A DNA stretch of 64,000 bases from IMG/VR virus record IMGVR_UViG_3300024272_000071; one strand, written 5' to 3'. The notes below the pieces were generated by a model that was given only the letters and a program-made list of their open reading frames with translations, ran no database searches and had not been told where the DNA came from. Origin of the DNA: a virus. Every line of letters begins with the position of its first letter. Position 1 is the stretch's first letter. This document shows positions 1 to 9,692 of the stretch, piece by piece. Both the position numbers and the translations under genes were made by a program.

Positions 1-54
1 CAAGGTTCAGCGACTGGAAGAGAAGCGCAAGGCTTACTTCACTCTGGTGAAGTG
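1..54 (+). CDS. 3' end of an upstream gene (partial, ends ...YFTLVK*)
   Basis: Open frame running into the window start; TGA at 52-54; followed by a GGGGCAGGGG/CCCTGCCCC hairpin. Confidence 0.3.
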
Positions 55-57
55 ACC

Positions 58-100
58 TTGCGGGGCAGGGGTAAAACCCTGCCCCATCTTCCCGAAAAAA
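58..100 (+). terminator. rho-independent terminator
   Basis: GGGGCAGGGGTAAAACCCTGCCCC hairpin followed by a T-rich tract. Confidence 0.55.
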
Positions 101-115
101 AGTTTCAAAAAGGTA

Positions 116-144
116 TTGACAAACAGCCCAACATCTGCTATAAT
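116..144 (+). promoter_or_regulatory. early sigma70-type promoter (TTGACA-17-TATAAT)
   Basis: TTGACA at 116-121 and TATAAT at 139-144 with a 17 bp spacer; upstream A-tract AAAAAAAGTTTC. Confidence 0.6.
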
Positions 145-188
145 AGATAATGTCGAAAGGCAATAGAACAAGAAAGAGGTAATGCAAA

Positions 189-845
189 ATGAATCGCCAC
201 TTCTACATTCTGATGGATACTGAAACTGCCAACGGTCTGGATTGCCCCATCAACTACAATACCGCATGGTCTGTAATTGACCAGCACGGCAACACCTACG
301 AAAACTTCAATTTCATCAACCGCGACATTTTCTTTGACCGTCCCGAACTCATGCAGTCCGCATACTACGCCCACAAGATTCCGCAGTATCTTGAACAGAT
401 TGAACGCGGCGAAATCAAGGTTGCAACGTGGTACGAAATCCGCAAGGCGTTCCGCGACTGTTGCGAAAAGTACAACATCAAGGCAGTTATCGCCCACAAT
501 GCCCGATTCGACTATCGCTCCTGCACGATGACCCAGCGTTACGAAACCTGCTCCAAGTATCGCTACTTCTTCCCGAAGGGCGTTGAAATTTGGGACACGC
601 TGGCAATGGCTCGTGATGTGGTCGCCCCGATGCCCACTTACCGCAAGTGGTGCGAAACCAACGGTTTCACCTTGAAGAACGGACAGCCCCGACTGACCGC
701 CGAAATCCTGTTCCGCTTCATCTCCAAGGACATTGACTTTGTGGAAGAACACAAGGCAATGGAAGATGTGAACATCGAAAAGGAAATCTTTTGGTACTGC
801 ATCCGCAAGCACAAGGCAATGCGTCGAAAGGCTTTCAAGGACTGA
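189..845 (+). CDS. DnaQ-like DEDDh 3'-5' exonuclease
   Basis: Exo motifs LMDTETANG (D-x-E), AHNARFDY and HKAMEDV (H..D); RBS AAGAGG upstream. Confidence 0.7.
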   Translation: MNRHFYILMDTETANGLDCPINYNTAWSVIDQHGNTYENFNFINRDIFFDRPELMQSAYYAHKIPQYLEQIERGEIKVATWYEIRKAFRDCCEKYNIKAVIAHNARFDYRSCTMTQRYETCSKYRYFFPKGVEIWDTLAMARDVVAPMPTYRKWCETNGFTLKNGQPRLTAEILFRFISKDIDFVEEHKAMEDVNIEKEIFWYCIRKHKAMRRKAFKD

Positions 846-853
846 AAAAGTCC

Positions 854-882
854 TTGACAGCCGCCCCAAAGTGTGATATAAT
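854..882 (+). promoter_or_regulatory. early sigma70-type promoter with extended -10
   Basis: TTGACA 854-859, TGaTATAAT 874-882, 17 bp spacer. Confidence 0.6.
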
Positions 883-913
883 AAGTACATCAAAAGGAAA
901 GAGGTAATTGACC

Positions 914-1150
914 ATGACTCAGTTTCAGTATGAAGTAAATGTTTACGAAGAAGACCACGTCCTGTCCTGCAAGACCAACAATCCCCGCACCGCCTGCCAG
1001 TTTATGCTGGATCATGCCGACTGCTATCTTGATGTCATCAACGGTTTTACTGGTGAAGTGCTCGCTGTGATGAACCATGAGAATGCTTACTGTCAAGAGG
1101 ATTTCGGGCTGATGCTTCTCGGCTATATGACCGAAACAATTTGGGGCTGA
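914..1150 (+). CDS. hypothetical small protein
   Basis: ATG preceded by AAGAGG; 78 aa ORF; terminator downstream. Confidence 0.5.
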   Translation: MTQFQYEVNVYEEDHVLSCKTNNPRTACQFMLDHADCYLDVINGFTGEVLAVMNHENAYCQEDFGLMLLGYMTETIWG

Positions 1151-1151
1151 C

Positions 1152-1215
1152 CCTTCGGGGTTGGCTCTTTTCTTTTGAGCCGGTCGTGCGCGGGCCACAC
1201 GACCGGTTTTTCCGC
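1152..1215 (+). terminator. tandem rho-independent terminators
   Basis: CCCTTCGGGG hairpin plus GGCCACACGACCGG hairpin with T tracts. Confidence 0.5.
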
Positions 1216-1387
1216 AATGGGCAGATCTACCAAGAAATTCGCTGAAAATTTGTGCATTTTGCCAATAGACATTTTATCCCGAAAGTGGTATACTAATAAT
1301 GTCAGGAGGGGAGGCCAAGAAACCGAGAGGCGGCCGACTCTCAGGAAGTAGAGGAAGAAAACTTGAAAAAAAGTTTCCGAAACCTCT

Positions 1388-1416
1388 TGACAAACCACTG
1401 ACCCTGTGGTATAATA
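1388..1416 (+). promoter_or_regulatory. early sigma70-type promoter
   Basis: CTTGACAAAC...TGGTATAAT; same upstream AAAAAAAGTTTCCGAAAC element as the other early promoters. Confidence 0.55.
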
Positions 1417-1537
1417 AGGGTGTCAGGTGAGGGAAGCAACTGACAGTCGCTTAGCCAAGGTAGCCTGCGGAGTGGGTGCGCAACACTCCATGGTTAGACC
1501 CTGTGCAAGCGAAGCGAAAAAAAAGTTTGCGAAACCC

Positions 1538-1566
1538 CTTGACAAACAACTGAATAGGTGCTATAA
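1538..1566 (+). promoter_or_regulatory. early sigma70-type promoter
   Basis: CTTGACAAAC-17-TGCTATAAT with AAAAAAAGTTTGCGAAAC upstream. Confidence 0.55.
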
Positions 1567-1612
1567 TAAGAGTGTCCTAAGGGACAAGACAAAAAGAAAG
1601 AGGTAATGAATC

Positions 1613-2020
1613 ATGATGAAGTTCACTAAGAAGGTTGCTCTGGAAGTCGCTATCAATGCTATCGAGAACTCCACCCTGCCCAACTGGTCTTTCACTGAGG
1701 GCGAGGAAACCCTGACCATCTCCAAAGCGGAAGCCATCGAGAAGCTCCAGAAGATGATTGAGCAGTTGGAGGCTAAGTCCAACGCTCCCAAGAAGCCCAC
1801 TAAGGTGCAGGAAGCCAACGAGGGTGTCAAGGACATCATCAAGGCTGTGCTGGAAGGTCAGTCCCCCATGACTGTCTCCGAAATCATGACCCACTCTGCG
1901 GAACTGAGTGCCCTGTCCAACCAGAAGGTCGCCTCTCTGGTGCGCCAGATGGTCGAGGCTGGCGTGCTGGTTCGCACTGAGGAAAAGCGCAAGGCTTTCT
2001 TCGCCCTCGCTCAGGGCTGA
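1613..2020 (+). CDS. hypothetical protein (135 aa)
   Basis: Strong RBS AAAGAGG; ORF followed by two hairpin terminators. Confidence 0.6.
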   Translation: MMKFTKKVALEVAINAIENSTLPNWSFTEGEETLTISKAEAIEKLQKMIEQLEAKSNAPKKPTKVQEANEGVKDIIKAVLEGQSPMTVSEIMTHSAELSALSNQKVASLVRQMVEAGVLVRTEEKRKAFFALAQG

Positions 2021-2023
2021 GCC

Positions 2024-2095
2024 TGAGACCCCGAAAGGGGTCTCTTTTTCTTGGGCTGCTCGCGGACGGGCGCCGCGAGCAGTTTTCCGCGATAC
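2024..2095 (+). terminator. tandem rho-independent terminators
   Basis: GAGACCCCGAAAGGGGTCTC + T-run, then GCTGCTCGCGG..CCGCGAGCAG + T-run. Confidence 0.6.
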
Positions 2096-2197
2096 ACTAG
2101 ACCCACCGAAAAATTTTCTTGAAAAATCGGCATTTTAGGGGTTGACAGATTATCCCGAATCTGATATAATAGAACCATCGAAAGGAGCTGATCTGAA

Positions 2198-2338
2198 ATG
2201 TTCACCTGTCCTGCACTCTGTATCCTTGGTCTGGTTCTCTCTATGTGGGGATTCATCTGGGGTATCTTCTTCCAGGAATTCCTGTGGCTGTGTGTAGCTG
2301 GTTTTGCGCTGGGCTGGATGTTTTCTAAAGATTGTTGA
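2198..2338 (+). CDS. small hydrophobic membrane peptide (46 aa)
   Basis: RBS AAAGGAG 8 nt upstream; hydrophobic two-helix sequence; own TTGACA/TATAAT promoter at ~2143-2172. Confidence 0.4.
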   Translation: MFTCPALCILGLVLSMWGFIWGIFFQEFLWLCVAGFALGWMFSKDC

Positions 2339-2401
2339 AATTAGGGGTTGACAAACTGCCCCAACTGTGTTATAATAATAATGTCGAAAGGAGCTGATAG
2401 C

Positions 2402-2875
2402 ATGGAGTTCAAGGAAGCTATCAAGGCTTACGCTAAAATGATGGGCGTAAGCGAATCGGAAGCGAAGCAGGATGCCGAAGCTACCATCAAAATGTGGATG
2501 ACCACCGAAGGCATGACAAGGGAATTTGCGGAAGCCAGCTGGATTGAAGAGCAGGAAGATGCAGACCCCGAATTGCTGAAACAGATGGAAAAGCAGGCGA
2601 AGGAATCTGGCGCAACAAAGGTCAAGGCAAAGCGTGCCCCGAATTACAGTCTGGAAGGACAGAAAAAGCGGGAACGCAAGCCCAACGAAGAAAAGCGTTC
2701 ACTGATTGAACAAATCGCCAATGCAATGGAAAGTTTTCATCACATGGATGAAGAAATTCCTGCTTCTGGTGTGGATTTGGTCGAAATTGTGAATCCTGAA
2801 CGAGAAATCACCTTCAAAATTGGTGAAAATTGCTACAGTGTGACCCTTACCTGCCATCGCAAGCCGAAAAAATGA
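2402..2875 (+). CDS. hypothetical acidic protein (157 aa)
   Basis: RBS AAAGGAG; promoter TTGACAAAC..TGTTATAAT at ~2348-2376; terminator after the stop. Confidence 0.6.
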   Translation: MEFKEAIKAYAKMMGVSESEAKQDAEATIKMWMTTEGMTREFAEASWIEEQEDADPELLKQMEKQAKESGATKVKAKRAPNYSLEGQKKRERKPNEEKRSLIEQIANAMESFHHMDEEIPASGVDLVEIVNPEREITFKIGENCYSVTLTCHRKPKK

Positions 2876-2877
2876 CA

Positions 2878-2908
2878 AAATGGGCGAGAAATCGCCCATT
2901 TTTTGCTG
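2878..2908 (+). terminator. rho-independent terminator
   Basis: GGGCGAGAAATCGCCC hairpin + TTTTTTG. Confidence 0.6.
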
Positions 2909-2959
2909 TTTTTGTCCGGTTTTGTGCGGTTTTACTAGAAAAATCGCATAATTTTTGTT

Positions 2960-3790
2960 GATTTTGCCTATTGACAAATGCGGCGGGCTGTGGTATAATA
3001 ATAGAGGGGAGTTGAGCGGGCCGGTCGCGGGCGATCCGGACCGAATTTCCCGATCGGACCTGTATATGCAAATTTTTCTCTTGAATGCAACTATATGCAA
3101 CTAATTACCTTGAATCCCGAAACCCCGGTCGGGCCCCGCCGATCGGATAACCGATCGGCTATCATATGCGCTCGTGCGCGGTGAAAGCGATTCCTCCAGC
3201 GCCTCACAAATCAATTCTCTCTGCCCCTCAGCGTAGATCGAACATACCCCGCGCGTTCTCTGGAACATGCATATGCTGCGGAATTTGACAAATTGAATTA
3301 AATATGATATAATATTTAAAAAAGGCACCTCCGCCGACCGGGAAATTGACAACATAATTTTTTTATGATATAATAAAAGTAGAAGGATATAGGCCGACCG
3401 GAAAGTCGGCAACAAGAGGAAGGAGATTTGACAAATAAACAAATATATGATATAATACGGTGGGGCATATTTTTACCGATCGGTAATAGATCAAGAGGAG
3501 CAAGAGTAAAGAATAGCAAGTGGACGGGCTGGCATATGCGGCATAATATATTGAACTTAATTACGGACACGAGGACGGATAAATGAGTAGAGTAGTCTAG
3601 GCCCGATCGGGCCACCCCACTTCCAGAATTTTCCCAGTTTTTACAATTTTATCTATCCTCATCTTCTCTCCCTTGATTTTTATAAAAAAATTTGCTATAA
3701 TATATATGTAAAGAATGAGGGAATCGCTTCGCTCTTCCCTCTATCCAATCCTGGGGTCGCTCCCCAGTGAATATCGAAAGGAGACTCCTT
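2960..3790 (+). promoter_or_regulatory. non-coding control region: five tandem promoters plus a CCGRYCGG palindrome array
   Basis: TTGACA/TATAAT-type promoters near 2971, 3287, 3343, 3427 and 3690; at least 8 copies of CCGATCGG / CCGACCGG / CCGGTCGG; repeated TATATGCAA and CATATGC motifs; no ORF of 60 aa or more. Confidence 0.5.
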
Positions 3791-3792
3791 AC

Positions 3793-4398
3793 ATGAATAC
3801 TTACGAGAATGAAATGATGGCTATGCTTCGTCAGGGTATGTCTATGGACGAGGTTATGAACAAGATGCGCACTCAGCTGGCCAATGCACAGGCCCAGATC
3901 AAGGCTGAAGAGGAAGCTAAGCGTAAGCAGGCTGAAGCTAAGCGCAAGGCCGATAATGAGACCAAGGCTCAGACTCTGGTTGATCTTTGCAACCGTGCAA
4001 TGGAGAATAAGCTGACCGCAGCCGATGTCGCTTATGTGCAGCAGCTCTATGCTACTCAGAAGTATCCTGAGCATGCTCGCATGTTCGCTCAGATGTTTGA
4101 TGCCAATGAAGTGGATTCCACTATCAAGATGGCAGTTGGCACTATGAGCGCTCTGACTCCTCTGGTCCATCTGGCTGGTGCCAAGGATTGGGATGAAGTT
4201 CTTGATGAACTTGATGCCAAGGAAATCAAGAATGCTCACGCTCAAGCCAATGCAAAAGTGGATGAAGATCTGAAGGAAATGCAGGACCTCTTCGGGCTTC
4301 TCTTTGGCCAGGCAAAGCCTGTCCAGAAGCCCGCTCAGCCTACTCCCAAGTCTGACGACACCATTCTGCGCGACTTCGTAAATTCCATCAATAAGTGA
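3793..4398 (+). CDS. hypothetical coiled-coil protein
   Basis: RBS AAAGGAG; K/E/A-rich heptad-like sequence. Confidence 0.55.
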   Translation: MNTYENEMMAMLRQGMSMDEVMNKMRTQLANAQAQIKAEEEAKRKQAEAKRKADNETKAQTLVDLCNRAMENKLTAADVAYVQQLYATQKYPEHARMFAQMFDANEVDSTIKMAVGTMSALTPLVHLAGAKDWDEVLDELDAKEIKNAHAQANAKVDEDLKEMQDLFGLLFGQAKPVQKPAQPTPKSDDTILRDFVNSINK

Positions 4399-4466
4399 AA
4401 GAAGGGCTAACGCCCTTCTTTCTTTTTTTATATAAATAAGAAAAAGGGAGGCTAATGCCTCCCTTA
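4399..4466. terminator. bidirectional terminator pair between convergent genes
   Basis: GAAGGGCTAACGCCCTTC + T-run (plus strand) and AAAAAGGGAGGCTAATGCCTCCCTT (serves the minus-strand gene). Confidence 0.55.
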
Positions 4467-4925
4467 TACCTTGCGCTTACCATATTTCTTGGCTTTCTCT
4501 TTTCCTTCATTCACAAGTTCTTGCAATCTTGCTGCTCCATCAGATTCATAATTTGCAAGATTCTCTTCACTCTCTCGAATAAGAGCCATCAATTTCTTCT
4601 CACCCTGTGCAAATAGAGCTTCAACAGTCGCTCTCTCAGTTACAACAGTAGAAGTCTGCTTTGCAGCCTCCTCTTTCTTATTGCCACGAATCGCAGTACC
4701 ATATACAATACTATAATGCAGTGGCTTCAAGTCATCTACAGACTTCAGATTAGGAGTAACCTGACCAATTATCATACCACCATTAATCAGTCTACGATCT
4801 TCACCAATCATCCACATAATATCATTGCGCGCTCTTCCCTGTTCACTAATCTCAAACAGAAACTCTCTCTTCGGGATTACATAAACTTCCTTACCTCTAT
4901 AAGCACCAAGACAATCATATGCCAT
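4464..4925 (-). CDS. hypothetical protein (153 aa)
   Basis: Minus-strand ORF with RBS AGGAGGAAA upstream of the ATG; first gene of a three-gene minus-strand module. Confidence 0.5.
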   Translation of the reverse strand: MAYDCLGAYRGKEVYVIPKREFLFEISEQGRARNDIMWMIGEDRRLINGGMIIGQVTPNLKSVDDLKPLHYSIVYGTAIRGNKKEEAAKQTSTVVTERATVEALFAQGEKKLMALIRESEENLANYESDGAARLQELVNEGKEKAKKYGKRKV

Positions 4926-5029
4926 AACTCATTTTCCTCCTTAAATTTGAGTTTTGAAATCATTTTTTCATTTGTTCCTCGCACCATGCGATTTTGAAAT
5001 CATTTTTTGAAAACATTGCCCCACTTATA

Positions 5030-5078
5030 TACGAGGCGGGCGTATAAGGTATGGTATACCTCGGAGCGAAGCGGAGAG
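5030..5078. repeat. perfect 15 bp inverted repeat (GGTATGGTATACCTC...GAGGTATACCATACC)
   Basis: Seen directly; 15 nt loop; lies between the minus-strand module genes. Confidence 0.6.
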
Positions 5079-5173
5079 GTATACCATACCGCCTATTTTA
5101 TTCTATTCTATAGGTTACTATTTTTTGTACAAAACTCAGAAATTTTTGTACATTTCATCTAAAATCCGATCGG

Positions 5174-5719
5174 TCACTCGGGCAACACATTAGATACTTT
5201 GGTAATCACAATATTCGTCTTATCATATTCTACTTGCTGCAATTCATATGTAATCAATCCTAATCTCCGCAAGATATCAAGGATATCATTGATTACAACA
5301 TTATTAGAAGTAGTTGATGTTGCTAAGCCAATGCGATTCTTTAACTCTTTATGAGTTACAACAAATGATGTTTCACCATTGCCTAAATAACGATTCAAGA
5401 GATAGACAAATAGGTTTACAGTATTGCGGTTTAAAGAGTTTACAAGCTGTCTCAAAGTAGTAAATGGAACCAACATTGCAGAAGATGCTTGCAACTCTTT
5501 TAAGATATATACTTTTCTATCGTCATCTTCTTCTAATAGACCCATTTTTACCAATTGTTTTACATATTTAGATGCGCTACGACGATCCATTCCAGTTTCA
5601 TTACCAATATTTACAAATGTAGCAACTTTATATGAAACGCTTCTTGCATCTTGACTATCCCAATCAGATTTACATTGAAACCATGCATAAACTAAATCAC
5701 AATAATTTCTATCTGCCAT
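5174..5719 (-). CDS. winged-helix DNA-binding protein, candidate repressor or replication regulator
   Basis: Two wHTH-like segments (SASKYVKQLVKMGLLEED; GLATSTTSNNVVINDILDILRRLGLI); divergent orientation; flanked by TTTTTGTACA repeats. Confidence 0.45.
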   Translation of the reverse strand: MADRNYCDLVYAWFQCKSDWDSQDARSVSYKVATFVNIGNETGMDRRSASKYVKQLVKMGLLEEDDDRKVYILKELQASSAMLVPFTTLRQLVNSLNRNTVNLFVYLLNRYLGNGETSFVVTHKELKNRIGLATSTTSNNVVINDILDILRRLGLITYELQQVEYDKTNIVITKVSNVLPE

Positions 5720-5972
5720 AATCCCAGCTTCCTTCGGAACTTGTCTTGAATTCTTCTAAATGTTCAATGGTTTTCACCTCCTCCCACGAGATATGAAAAC
5801 CAAATATAGATAATTGTACAACCTTGACCAAACATCATAGATTCGTGTACAAAATTTTCTAAGCGTTGTACATTTTTAGGAATTTTCTCTACTATTCCCA
5901 AGTCTTTAGATTTTTTCCTAAAAATTTTTACCAAAAATAACTAAGGGCTGTGCACGAACACAGCCCTCAAAC

Positions 5973-6161
5973 TTAAGCCTTCTTGTTCTCGTCGAGGACT
6001 GCCTGAAGGTCACGTTCAAACTTGGGAGTCACAGTAAAGATCCAACACAGAAACTCTGGCTTGCTAGGATTCGGCATAGTACCAGCAGGGACATTACCCA
6101 TTTCAACCAACTTCATTGCAATCTTACGAGTATAAATAATCTTATTAGTAGTATCAGCCAT
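5973..6161 (-). CDS. hypothetical small protein (62 aa)
   Basis: Minus-strand ORF with RBS GGAAAAGAGGAA upstream. Confidence 0.4.
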   Translation of the reverse strand: MADTTNKIIYTRKIAMKLVEMGNVPAGTMPNPSKPEFLCWIFTVTPKFERDLQAVLDENKKA

Positions 6162-6290
6162 AATATATTCCTCTTTTCCGGCTGCTTCGCAGCTCGCTTA
6201 TATTTGTTAAAGTTCGAACTCTTCGCTCAACCTTTATTACATATATATTATAGCAAAAATTTTTACAAAAGTCAACTGGTTCGGTCTAGT

Positions 6291-6325
6291 TTTCGATTGA
6301 CTTTTCAAAAAAAATATGATACAAT
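6291..6325 (+). promoter_or_regulatory. promoter of the folD gene
   Basis: TTGACT-17-TGATACAAT. Confidence 0.5.
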
Positions 6326-6351
6326 AAAAGAAAAAGGAGCTAATTATTGAT

Positions 6352-7185
6352 ATGACCCCCAAGATTATTGATGGCAAAGCAATTGCGGCAAGAGTTGAAC
6401 AAGAGTGTAAACACACTATCGAAGCATTCAACCTCCAGCCTAAACTTGTTGTAATTACTACCGACGAAGCTGACGCTGCCTCTAAAGTATACATGCGGAA
6501 TAAGCATCGTGCAGCTGAACGTGTCGGTATCCTATATGAAGAAATTATTCTTAATAAATATGCGGACATGACAATTATGCTATCTACTATTCGTCAGCTT
6601 AACGCTGATCCTACGGTACATGGCATTATCGTACAGCTGCCATTACCAGCTCGTTTCGATGTGCCGACTATTCAAGCTGAAATTGATCCTGATAAAGACG
6701 TTGATGGGTTCCATCCCGACTCAGCATTTGACCCTTGTACGCCCGATGCTGTGATGCATATGCTTCTGGATGACGAAAAAATGACTCTTGACGGAAAACA
6801 CGCCGTTGTCATTGGCCGTTCCAATATCGTTGGAAAACCTCTCGCTCGTCTCCTTCTCCAAGAGAATGCGACTGTTTCCGTCTGTCATTCTCATACTGAT
6901 TCAATTTTACTTGAGCAGCTTTGCAAGAGCGCTGATTACGTGTTCTGCGCCGCAGGCGTCCCGGGGCTCGTGAGACCCGAAATGTTGGCGTACGGCACAG
7001 TGCTCGTCGACATTTCTATCAATAGAGATATTGAAGGAAAGTTGTGCGGCGATGCCCATCCGGATTGTTATCCACTATGTTCTGCATATACTCCCGTTCC
7101 TGGCGGTGTTGGACCACTTACCGTATCCCGTCTCATGTGGCACACCGTTACCTCTGCACTAATGGCAAGAAAGGATGAAACTTAA
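6352..7185 (+). CDS. folD: bifunctional methylenetetrahydrofolate dehydrogenase/cyclohydrolase
   Basis: Full-length FolD signature (KVYMRNKHRAAERVGI, GIIVQLPLP, VVIGRSNIVGKPLA, PVPGGVGPLTV). Confidence 0.85.
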   Translation: MTPKIIDGKAIAARVEQECKHTIEAFNLQPKLVVITTDEADAASKVYMRNKHRAAERVGILYEEIILNKYADMTIMLSTIRQLNADPTVHGIIVQLPLPARFDVPTIQAEIDPDKDVDGFHPDSAFDPCTPDAVMHMLLDDEKMTLDGKHAVVIGRSNIVGKPLARLLLQENATVSVCHSHTDSILLEQLCKSADYVFCAAGVPGLVRPEMLAYGTVLVDISINRDIEGKLCGDAHPDCYPLCSAYTPVPGGVGPLTVSRLMWHTVTSALMARKDET

Positions 7186-8876
7186 TGGCAACCACTCGTA
7201 CTGAAACAGATATTAAACTGTATACAAACGAAGAGTTGCAAGATATTCAAGATAATTCACATTCTGGTTCAGCAACAGATTCAAAAGGTAATATTCAAGC
7301 AGTTCTTTCTGCGATTATTACCTACACTAAAGCTGCGGCTGAAGCTAATCGTAATTATGTAGATATTTTGTGGTCTTCTATTAAAACAGGTAATTATACC
7401 GATAAAATCCTTGGTTGGATTGAAATGAAACCCGAAAACTCATTGGATGAACACAAATATGGTATTGCAGACACCCGCTGGGCTGTCGATATTGGTGGTC
7501 GTATTACTGAAAGCGGATGTAGATGGATTTTTGTGTATAACCGCGACTCTGAAGAACCTTGCGGAATTCGTATTTCTTGGTGGGAAGAAAATGAAGATGA
7601 GACTGATCCAATTGAAGAAGCTTGGACCAACAATCCTTACATCATTCTTCCTAAGAATAAATATGCGTTTCCCACTGCTTCTGAAGTAAATACTATTATT
7701 GTACAACCAAATGCAATGCAAGTTAATAAGGACTTTATTAACAATATTTTTAGCACAATCAATTATCATATTCAAAATGCTGCAAAAAATAGTAATAACA
7801 ATGTTCGAATTCCTTGGGAGACATTTGGTAATTCTGCGGAAGTGCAAAAAATGTTTGTTGTTACATCAAGAGATATAACAATAGTAGAATCAGAAAGTCT
7901 ATCTGCGCTCGGTGGTTGTTTTAGCTATGGAGAACGCTCTGATGGTCATTATCCAAGAGCAACAAATCGTGCATTTACCGTTGATGACTTTGATCCACTG
8001 GAGATGGGCTTCTTTAATGATGCTACCTATTTGGAAGATAATTATACTGCCTTTGCACCTGCAACCAGTTTTACATTGTATCAAATTTTAACAGAAATTT
8101 TAGGATATGGTGTAAGCTATTCTGCTAGTGTTGATCTTCAGAATGGTCAAGCTTTTTGTATGGGTCTGTTAATCACTTGGGATAAAGAAAATTCCTATGC
8201 AACAAATACAAGCAATGCTAATTATCTTGCAAATGAAATTTTTGCTGATGAATCTCAGCAATATAGAGATTCTTTAACTTCAGTACTATCTTGGCCTGAT
8301 GGTACTGTACCAACTTTGGAACATTATATTGCAGCAAATAAAAAGAATAATACCTCTTGGCTAAAAACTTTTGTTGATTTAACAGTTAGTAAAATGAATA
8401 CTGCTTTTGCTAAAGGAGATCGTGCAATTCATATTCTATGGTCAGAAGTCAGTTCTTCTTATGCCGATGAAGTAAAACGAGCTTGGCAAAATGGTTCATG
8501 TGAATATGACGGTTATATTGAAGCAGCTGTACCAAGAGGAAGAGATCTTGGAGTTGGAACTCAAACTTCTGTGGCTAGTGCTTTTAATCAAATTATGGAC
8601 GCAGAACATTATTCTGCTGGTTCTACCAATCCTCCAACTTATGCTTATGGATATATCCGCTATAAAAAAGATGGTGACACCAGTGGTGGAGGTAGTGCTA
8701 ATTCTACAGCCATTGAAGATATTACTCACCCTGATTCCATTGGCTTAGCTATTACCCTGTATGGATATGTAGCAAGTTCTCCACAATCTGGTAATACTGC
8801 TGATGCTCAAACTGCTGATGCTATTCGTGATATTCAGCGGATTTGGTTAGCAAAAGAGGCCCCTAAAGCAAAGTAA
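7185..8876 (+). CDS. hypothetical large protein (563 aa), N/S/T/Y-rich
   Basis: ATG overlaps the folD stop (TAATGG); composition suggests a surface or structural protein. Confidence 0.5.
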   Translation: MATTRTETDIKLYTNEELQDIQDNSHSGSATDSKGNIQAVLSAIITYTKAAAEANRNYVDILWSSIKTGNYTDKILGWIEMKPENSLDEHKYGIADTRWAVDIGGRITESGCRWIFVYNRDSEEPCGIRISWWEENEDETDPIEEAWTNNPYIILPKNKYAFPTASEVNTIIVQPNAMQVNKDFINNIFSTINYHIQNAAKNSNNNVRIPWETFGNSAEVQKMFVVTSRDITIVESESLSALGGCFSYGERSDGHYPRATNRAFTVDDFDPLEMGFFNDATYLEDNYTAFAPATSFTLYQILTEILGYGVSYSASVDLQNGQAFCMGLLITWDKENSYATNTSNANYLANEIFADESQQYRDSLTSVLSWPDGTVPTLEHYIAANKKNNTSWLKTFVDLTVSKMNTAFAKGDRAIHILWSEVSSSYADEVKRAWQNGSCEYDGYIEAAVPRGRDLGVGTQTSVASAFNQIMDAEHYSAGSTNPPTYAYGYIRYKKDGDTSGGGSANSTAIEDITHPDSIGLAITLYGYVASSPQSGNTADAQTADAIRDIQRIWLAKEAPKAK

Positions 8877-8888
8877 GGAGGATCTTAA

Positions 8889-9692
8889 ATGAAATATTGT
8901 ACTTCATATTTCCAGAGTGAACCTGTTCGTCAAAAGATTGATGAATTACGCTTTTCTACCGCTGCCATGAATGACGCACTCGGCTATGCCGAGCGTCATT
9001 CAGACAAGCGGGTTATTATTGAATTTCTAGATTTACACGCAGATCATATTCCTACGATTGAAAAACTGCATAAGCTGCATCAAGAACAACCCAATATCTA
9101 CTATGATTTCTATAATTTACATGATCTTGTAGAATATTCTCGCGCATTTGAACGTCAAGTAGATTATATTATGTACCATCAGCCCGCATTAACTTGGGGA
9201 CTTGTGCAAATCTTACTTTATTACAAAGTTTGTGATATTGTTATTAGTGAACCTCTTACCTTTAACATGAATGAACTTGAAAAGAATGTGCATCCTTATG
9301 CTCGTATTCGTATTCGTCCTTACATTGCAAAACCAGAAATTGCAAGAGGGATTGAAACAGATTCTGGTATCCACCATTTCTGGGTACTACCCCAGCATAT
9401 GCACTTTTATGAACCATATGTTGATGTAATTGATTTGCTTGATGATAATATTGTGCGCGAAACAGCTTTGGTAAGTACTTATACATCTAATAAAGAGTTC
9501 TCTGCGCGACTGGATACTCTTATTGAAGGTGTAGAGTGCGGTATTGGTGCATCTTTTATCGACGATAAATTTGTACAGCGTCGTCTCACTTGCGGACAAA
9601 GCTGTTTAAAAAACAGCAATTATTGCCATTACTGTGATCAATATGTAAAAATGTATGATGTAATTGCCGCACAACGTAAATCTTCTAATTGA
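8889..9692 (+). CDS. hypothetical protein (267 aa)
   Basis: RBS AAGGAGG; C-terminal Cys/His cluster CGQSCLKNSNYCHYCDQY. Confidence 0.5.
   Translation: MKYCTSYFQSEPVRQKIDELRFSTAAMNDALGYAERHSDKRVIIEFLDLHADHIPTIEKLHKLHQEQPNIYYDFYNLHDLVEYSRAFERQVDYIMYHQPALTWGLVQILLYYKVCDIVISEPLTFNMNELEKNVHPYARIRIRPYIAKPEIARGIETDSGIHHFWVLPQHMHFYEPYVDVIDLLDDNIVRETALVSTYTSNKEFSARLDTLIEGVECGIGASFIDDKFVQRRLTCGQSCLKNSNYCHYCDQYVKMYDVIAAQRKSSN

Noticed and set aside
138-893. 251 aa minus-strand ORF
   Set aside because: Antisense shadow of the well-supported plus-strand DEDDh exonuclease gene; no ribosome site or promoter in that orientation.
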